From the human T2T-CHM13v2.0 reference genome, Homo sapiens, in the NCBI RefSeq assembly GCF_009914755.1, contig NC_060926.1: a stretch of 64,000 nucleotides of DNA; one strand, 5' to 3'. Below are positions 57,511 through 64,000 of the stretch, one piece after another. The notes beneath the pieces were generated by a model. It did not search any database and was not told where the DNA came from. It saw only the letters and a program-made list of their open reading frames with translations. The translations under genes were made by a program, and so were the position numbers. Position 1 is the stretch's first letter, and the number at the start of each line of letters is the position of its first letter.

Positions 57511-58200
57511 TTGTGCCAACAGCTGGTGTACCCTGAACCCATTCTCCCTTTATTACATAATATGGCAGCCTTGGAGGCATTCATCCCAGATCTCACATTA
57601 AGAAAAGAGCTTGCCATGTAGTTGCAAGATAGGCAGTTGGCTGAGCGCCTTCAACCGTTAAGGCCTTCAGGATTTACCTCAGCTTTCAAGCCGAGGCCAC
57701 ATTGTTCTTGGGCAGCCACAGCCAAAAATTGAGCACAGTGAGGGCTTTAGGGTCAGCCCATTTTTGCCCAATATGAGACTTCTATAATAAGCAATATTTG
57801 CTCTGCAGATGTACACTGGGCTGACCTAATCTTCACCAGATTTACATGATGGTCTCAGCTTTGCTGTGCAAAATCTTGCCTCCTTTCCTCTTTCTTTTCA
57901 TAGTTTTCGGACCTGCAGCACAGTTGGAAGGCTTCTGTAGCCTAATTTTGCTTCTTCCTCGTTTTATCTTCCACTCATCAAATAAGGTTTTTTGTAAAAT
58001 TACATTTGTTACAATGACTATTTCTCAGAGGACCCAACAGAATTAAATAATAGAAAAAACATGGATCTCTGAGTGATCGTGTGGATCAAAGCTGTTCATC
58101 TGTTCTGCAGGCCTAGACGGTCATTGTGAGGGAGAAATAAACTTTATTTTTTGAGTTATTGTGGTACTATGTATTGTTGTTAGAGTATTAGACTCTAATA
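57511..58200 (+). mobile_element. Old MLT1-like LTR remnant flanking LTR16B
   Basis: 5' piece GAACCCATTCTCCCTTT; 3' piece GTGAGGGAGAAATAAACTTTATT…TTGTT; highly diverged. Confidence 0.45.
57560..58045 (+). mobile_element. LTR16B-type ERVL solo LTR
   Basis: CCCAGATCTC…AAGAAAAGAGCTTGCC…CCTTCAGGATTTACCTCAGCTTTCAAGCCGAGGCCAC…CAGAGGACCCAAC. Confidence 0.85.
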
Positions 58201-58763
58201 TATGTACAAATAAAGATTAAAATGATTTTTCCTTACTTTCCAAATTTTATATTCCTCAGTCATTTCTTTATCTAAACTTTGATCAGCTTTCTAAAAATAA
58301 ATTCTTGATTTGCTTACTGGCTTTTTAAGATCTAAAATATTCCTTGTTTTTTATTAGTTTTTAAATAACCCAAACATGTGTATTGCTTGGTATTTATATA
58401 TCGTGTTGTGTAAATACAGCCTAGGAAGATAGAAAAATATGTAAGCTTGAGTACCATGATACATGATAAGTATAAAGATGATTAGATTCCCTTAATCCAA
58501 ATAAGTTTACCATTATTTTTAGAACTGGTCTTTTCTATAACCAAAAGTATGCGGTGATAGAATTGAGGCTGGCAGAGCAAATACAATTTTATAAATGGTT
58601 AAATGATGATGACATAGTCCAATAGAGTAATTTACTATCAATGTAAATTAAGGCATATTAGCTCACATCAATTAGACCACATTATAACAAAATAATTTAC
58701 CATCACATAGGCTTACTCCAGTTAGTCATTTAGGAACTTATGTGGCACACATTTCTTGGACAC

Positions 58764-59140
58764 TGATATGGTTAGGCTTTGTGTCCCACTCAAAGTGCAT
58801 GTTAAATTGTAATCCCCATAATCCCCACGTGTCAAGGGAGAGACCAGGTGGAGGTAATTGAATCATAGGGGCGGTTTCCCCCATGCTATTCTCCTGATAG
58901 TGAGTGAGTTCTCAAGAGATCTGATGGTTCTGTAAGGGGCTTATCCCGCTTTGCTGAGCACTTCTCCTTCCTGCTGTCTTGTGAAGAAGGTGGCTGCTTC
59001 CCCTTTGCCTTCTGCTATGTTTGTAAGTTTCCTGAGGCCTCCCCAGCCATGCTGAACTGTGAGTCAATTAAACATCTTTCCTTTATAAATTACCCAGTCT
59101 CAGGCAGTTCTTTATAGTAGTATGAAATTGGACTAATAGA
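58764..59140 (+). mobile_element. THE1D-type solo LTR
   Basis: TGATATGGTTAGGCTTTGTGTCCC…CAGGCAGTTCTTTATAG…GGACTAATAGA; perfect TSD GACAC (58759-58763 / 59141-59145). Confidence 0.95.
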
Positions 59141-59399
59141 GACACGTTTGTGAGGCTTGTGTTGAGGTAGAGAGAGTAAGTCAATTTGATATTTCCAGAG
59201 ACACTGCAACTGCACAAATTTTACACATATCGATTTAAATGACCAGTTTGATGTCTCACAATTTCCTTGTTTGACTACAATAAAGACTTGAACTATATAG
59301 AGTAATCTCTTTTCCAAACCCCATACATGTACTTATTAGGCTACTGTTTTATACATCCAAAAGCTTATTTGATTTCCAAATTTTCATCTTCTGCTTCTC

Positions 59400-59472
59400 A
59401 TTATGTATAATGCTTTGCAAAATATTTGATCAAACATTTTGATCAAATATTTTGCAAAACATTATATGTAAT
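59400..59472. repeat. Near-perfect inverted repeat (29-bp arms, 1 mismatch, 3-nt loop)
   Basis: TATAATGCTTTGCAAAATATTTGATCAAA-CAT-TTTGATCAAATATTTTGCAAAACATTATA (59406-59434 / 59438-59466). Confidence 0.97.
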
Positions 59473-60289
59473 TCTGTGTGATATTTAAAGGTAAATCTTA
59501 AAAGATAACTATCCTTTGTGCTTTTATTTGTCGTTGCTGAATAAAGTATTTTTTAAAATTAGCATTCATTGCAATAATATTTAGAAAGATGGTATAGAAA
59601 TGTTACAAGAACAGTAATTTTTTGTTATGACAGTGATCAATGAAAGTAAGAACATCTTGTAACAGGTATTTTCGGATGCAATACTAGGGACTATCCAAAA
59701 CACACATAAATAAACTGAAAAAGCAAAGTGATACGCTTTGTTTTTCTAGTAGCAGCTTGCTGCATAGCTTATTGGTTTACCACAAATCTGCAGAAAATGC
59801 AGTGTGCTTTGTAATTTAGTCTTGAAGATTTCTCTGAAAAATTTGTTTGCAAAGAAGCTTGTCTACTTTAATACTAAGCCTGAAAATGCAGGGCATGAAA
59901 ATTTGTTTCATACTTAAGTAGTTTGAGGTTTTGTTTCATTAGCAAATTTCCGTATAAAGAGGCACGAGCTGGAAGTAATTTCTTTCCAGCCTTATTAATT
60001 CTAATTTAAGAAAGATCAAACAATCAGCCTGATGACGTGCTAATTTGTTAAATTCATATACCTGAAATTTAATTTCTACAGAATCAACTGTGCTAAAATA
60101 TGCTTTTCTTTCCATAGAATCAGGGAATCATAAGTATTATTTTTTAAAATGCCAGAGGGTGAGGGATGATACAAACCTGATCTCAGTGGCAGAAAACTCC
60201 TAATGCTTTTTAACCAACTTAGTTATTATTTTCTGTTTGCTTACCATATGGGCATATTACATGGAAAAATATAACGGAGGAATGGAGGA

Positions 60290-61330
60290 AATTGTCTTCA
60301 ACATGATCTTTAAAATCATACTTTTAAATACATGAAAATCATTGATGAGGTACCATAATTATTAAACGATTTCCCTTTTTTTTTTTTTTTTTTTTGACAT
60401 GGAGTCTCGCTCTGTCACCTAGGCTGGAGTGCAGTGGCGCGATCTCGGCTCCTGCAAGCGCCACCTCCCGGGTTCATGCCATTCTCCTGCCTCAGCCTCC
60501 TGAGTATCTGGGACTACAGGCCCCCGCCACCATGCCAGGCTAATTTTTTGTATTTTTAGTAGAGACAGGGTTTCACCGTGTTAGCCAGGATGGTCTTGAT
60601 CTCCTGACCTCATGATCCACCCGTCTTGGCCTCCCAAAGTGCTGAGATTACAGGCGTGAGCCACCGTGCCCGGCCTATTTCCATTGTTTTTAAAGTTGTC
60701 ATTTTTTGCCATTACAGTTAATTCTGTGATGAACCTCTTTATAAATAGATTTTTTATATTGTTTGAAACATTTGCTTAGGACTGGAGTTTTTTTAAATCA
60801 AGGAATGTTAAAACCATTTATCCTTACTTCTTACTATTGTTCCCTTACCCGTGGCACACACTTCTCGTCTAGCCTAGTGCTCTTTCCCGCTAAGACCACA
60901 CGAGGCTTTAGGATTCTTATCAGCACAGAGCGCCAAACAGCACTGGAGTTAAACAGAAAGTCAGAGTTAGCATGCTAAATATTACCTACTTGTCATCTTT
61001 CACCTATGATTTTCTAAAAGAATCATCCAATTTTCAATGCTACCAAAAACAAATGAATATGGAGACTTATTGCAACTTTGCTAACATTTTGTCACTTTTT
61101 TTCATTTTTAAACTTTTAAATCATGTGTATCATAAGGCTATTGTATTTGTTTCTTGGACTATGCCTGGAGTAAACATCTTTCTATATGTATGTTTGTTAA
61201 CTATGTTTACTCTGGAATGGACTTTTATTAAAACTGCTTTGCCTATTTACTTACTGGGATTCTATAGAGAAATGACATTCCTCGAGAATTAGATTCGGAA
61301 CCTCTTTTCTCCACTTGGTATTTATTTTGG
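60290..61330 (-). mobile_element. Degraded L1ME-like fragments around an AluY
   Basis: TTTTTTGCCATTACAGTTAATTCTGTGATGAACCTCTTT and TTTAAACTTTTAAATC…TTGTATTTGTTTCTTGGACTATG resemble antisense old L1 3' region. Confidence 0.5.
60376..60675 (-). mobile_element. AluY
   Basis: GGGTTCATGCCATTCTCCTGCC and GTGTTAGCCAGGATGGTC are Y-diagnostic; T20 tail. Confidence 0.95.
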
Positions 61331-63638
61331 TGCATTTCCCCAAACTGTTATTCCTAAAAATTAATTTTCATGCACTTGAGTAACAGTTTATTTTCAACCA
61401 TAAAATATGTTTTCAATTACAAAAAAAACGGAAGAGAGTAAAAGATGTCAAAGTGCTAAATAGAACATTTTACTTTATCAGTTAAGTTTCCTGCGTTTGG
61501 AATGTGTCGACATCAACAAGATTTTTAGAGAGTTGATTTTTTTTTTTTTTTTCTGAACATGGTCTTTTGATTACCTCTGCGTTCTTCTGTGATGTTGCTG
61601 AAGCTCTTGTCACCTAAAACATTTTCGTTAGGGACACATAATACTATAATATTATGTGCTAAATCCCTATATTTATATATGTGACATTTACAGGCCCTTA
61701 GGAAAAAAATTTCAAGATTCCAACTGGGAGGTATAAAGGAAGGCAAAATTTGTAGTAGGTAGTGTCCAGGGAGGAGTAGAAGAATGACTGATGAATGTGG
61801 CTCTGCCTGTGTTCTTTTGTACCCAGTTGTTAAAAATCACTGCCCCCTTCCTAGTCTGTCCCCAGTTCTCTCCATCAGGTGATCTGAAGGCTGGGGCAAT
61901 CATCTAATCTCAGTGTATCAAGGAACAATTCTACTTGTCATATGTGGTTTCAGGAGAGTATAGAGGCCAAACCTCCAAGATTTCCTATTTATGCAGAAAA
62001 CAGCAATATGGACAGTAAGTCTATTGGGACTTACTGGAAGGGGAATGCAGATGTTGATCAAGAAAAATGTCCTTTTCTGGCATTCTGCAATTATAAATAC
62101 TTGATGAAGTGAACTGAATTGAACTTCTCCCTCTGCTATATTAATTTGGCATGCATATGGAGAAAAGTTATTTCAAAGTCAAGTAGTAGAAAAAAATCCT
62201 CTACATAGCGGTTACCATATGTAGTATTTAGACAGCTCATCAGCTTTCAAAACGCATGTGGTAGTACTTTACAATCAACACCTACCCCCTGAATCTAGTA
62301 TGTTCATCGTTTCTTAAAGGCCCTAATTGTATTTTCAAATTCCAGACTTTGTTTACTCTTTATTCACATATGAAATGTCTGTCTCCAATTCTAAACTTGT
62401 AGGATCTATTTTGACTTAAGGTTCAACTCATGCAATTAGAGTTAGATGGTGTTGCAGGTAAAAGGGGTCTTAGAAAAGGGAATTGAAATTCATTCAGAGC
62501 TTTTTCTATACAAGTCACTGGTTCCAGGAGTTTGAAAAATGCTCTTATTACTACCACCACTAGAATCATTGTTACCATTGATGGGAAAGTTAGTTGTGTA
62601 TATTTCTAATTTAATACTCAAAATAGCTCTATTGGGTAGATAGTATCATCCCTTCTTGTATCTGGGGAATAAGTCCTGTTCAACATCACACAACTCATCG
62701 TGGTAGAGATGGTATTTGCAAACAGGTCCATCGGAACCCTAAAGTCAGGCTCTTCCGCTGTCTGTAACCATCTTTTGTGCTTCTGCTTTGATTTGGAAGG
62801 CTGATTTTTTTGCTGTAACATGCATTTCTCATCAAAACACCCGCAATATTTACTGTGTGTGCCACTTACTTGACATTTTCTTCTCTGTATTCTCTGTTCC
62901 ACAGCAAAATTATAACTTCCTTGAGAGAGGAAATGATATTTTCCAAATAGTGCCAATTCTGCTACTTGGCACATATGGGTGCTTAATAAGTGCCTTTTGT
63001 TGAACATAATAGTTAACCTAAGCATCCATGTAAAAAAAAGGGCAAGTATTCTCTATATTTTTTAAAAAGAAGAACGGACCCAAAGTGGAAGGACTCTTAC
63101 TGAAGAGAAGAAAAAGATAAAATCACATTTTTACATTTCTCCACTTTTTATTTTCACCTTTCTACCTCTTCACTATAATTTCAAACATGCTTATATGTTG
63201 AGTTTTATTTCTTTTTATATTGTTTTATACTGGGAGCTACATATAAGTGGTTGCTCTAATATTATTTTAATTCGTTAAACAAAAAATGAGATACCGCCAA
63301 AAAAGGCATTTGATGCTTATGTATTTTATGATGACAAAAAGCATTTTAAAATGTGAGTGGGTGTCTAGCACAGGTTGATTGTGTTCTTTTTCATTTAGTT
63401 TTACATTAACATTTTATCCAGAGGGGATTCATTAGGTTTTTGCCACTGAATTACAGGCACTTTTTAGTTTCCTTGTTTTACCTACTGTTAAAAATGCAAT
63501 TGTAGCTGTTCTTAACCTTAACACTGCTTGGCTTTTCTTTAAATATTTTAAACTGAAAACTGTCATAAAAGCCCTTAAAAATTGAACCAGCCTCCAATAC
63601 AAGCAAAGGTTTAGCTTCTTTTCTCGTCTCCTTCACAG

Positions 63639-63835
63639 AAATGAAATCTGTATTCAGGATGTAACGCTTCTTCTGAAGTGCTTGGAGAATCAGAGAGAAT
63701 GGCCCATTTTCATTTTAATGAATCATGCTGGAGAATAAATTTACATGATGTTAATACTGAGACCTGGAGATGGTATGGTATAATGCTCATAATAAAGGAT
63801 TTAGGAACCATGACAGTTCTGGGGTATGAATTCTG
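63639..63835 (+). ncRNA. Candidate non-coding exon
   Basis: Acceptor CTTCTTTTCTCGTCTCCTTCACAG|A; donor CTG|GTAAGC after 63835 (alternative ATG|GTATGG after 63772). Confidence 0.3.
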
Positions 63836-63912
63836 GTAAGCCACTCATGTGTGACTTTGGATAAGTTCCTTGAGCTCACAGTTCCTCAGTAAATTGAGAT
63901 GGAATGCTGGGG
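63790..63912 (+). mobile_element. MIR fragment
   Basis: GTGTGACTTTGGATAAGTTCCTTGAGCTCACAGTTCCTCAGTAAA. Confidence 0.6.
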
Positions 63913-64000
63913 AGAGGCAGCACATTCGGCGAGGCCAAAATGAGATAAACAAGGTATCAGGGCTTTACTCTCCATATGCACCCTGGCATTTTCTGCACAT

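Noticed and set aside
62618-63025. 135-aa minus-strand ORF with a CAA|GTAAGT donor-like site near 62870
   Set aside because: Overlaps MIR-like and L2-like fragments; no protein similarity recognised

Overview
This is primate, very likely human, non-coding genomic DNA: AT-rich, CpG-depleted, with no CpG island and with AluY/S/J and THE1 elements. I find no credible protein-coding exon, tRNA, rRNA or CRISPR array, and I cannot name the locus from sequence alone. Much of the window is recognisable interspersed repeat: 9 Alus, many MIR/L2/L1M fragments, MaLR and ERVL solo LTRs, DNA-transposon fossils (MER45, MER119, Tigger1, MER2, MER3, MER5) and a ~4.2 kb decayed ERV-L gag-pro-pol segment without LTRs. 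Subfamily names are from memory of consensus sequences, and boundaries are approximate unless target-site duplications (TSDs) are quoted. The most unusual signals are: (i) a diverged local duplication (14881-15035 vs 15800-16091) whose second copy carries an (AAAG)18 microsatellite and a chain of five overlapping perfect inverted repeats, resembling a serial fold-back templated-insertion scar; (ii) a near-perfect 73-nt hairpin at 59400-59472; (iii) several +strand non-coding exon candidates downstream of two THE1 LTRs that keep DUX4 motifs and splice donors; (iv) a palindrome-dense unique block at ~5 kb; (v) a four-level transposon nest at 5.9-8.7 kb. None of these establishes a new biological system without further data.
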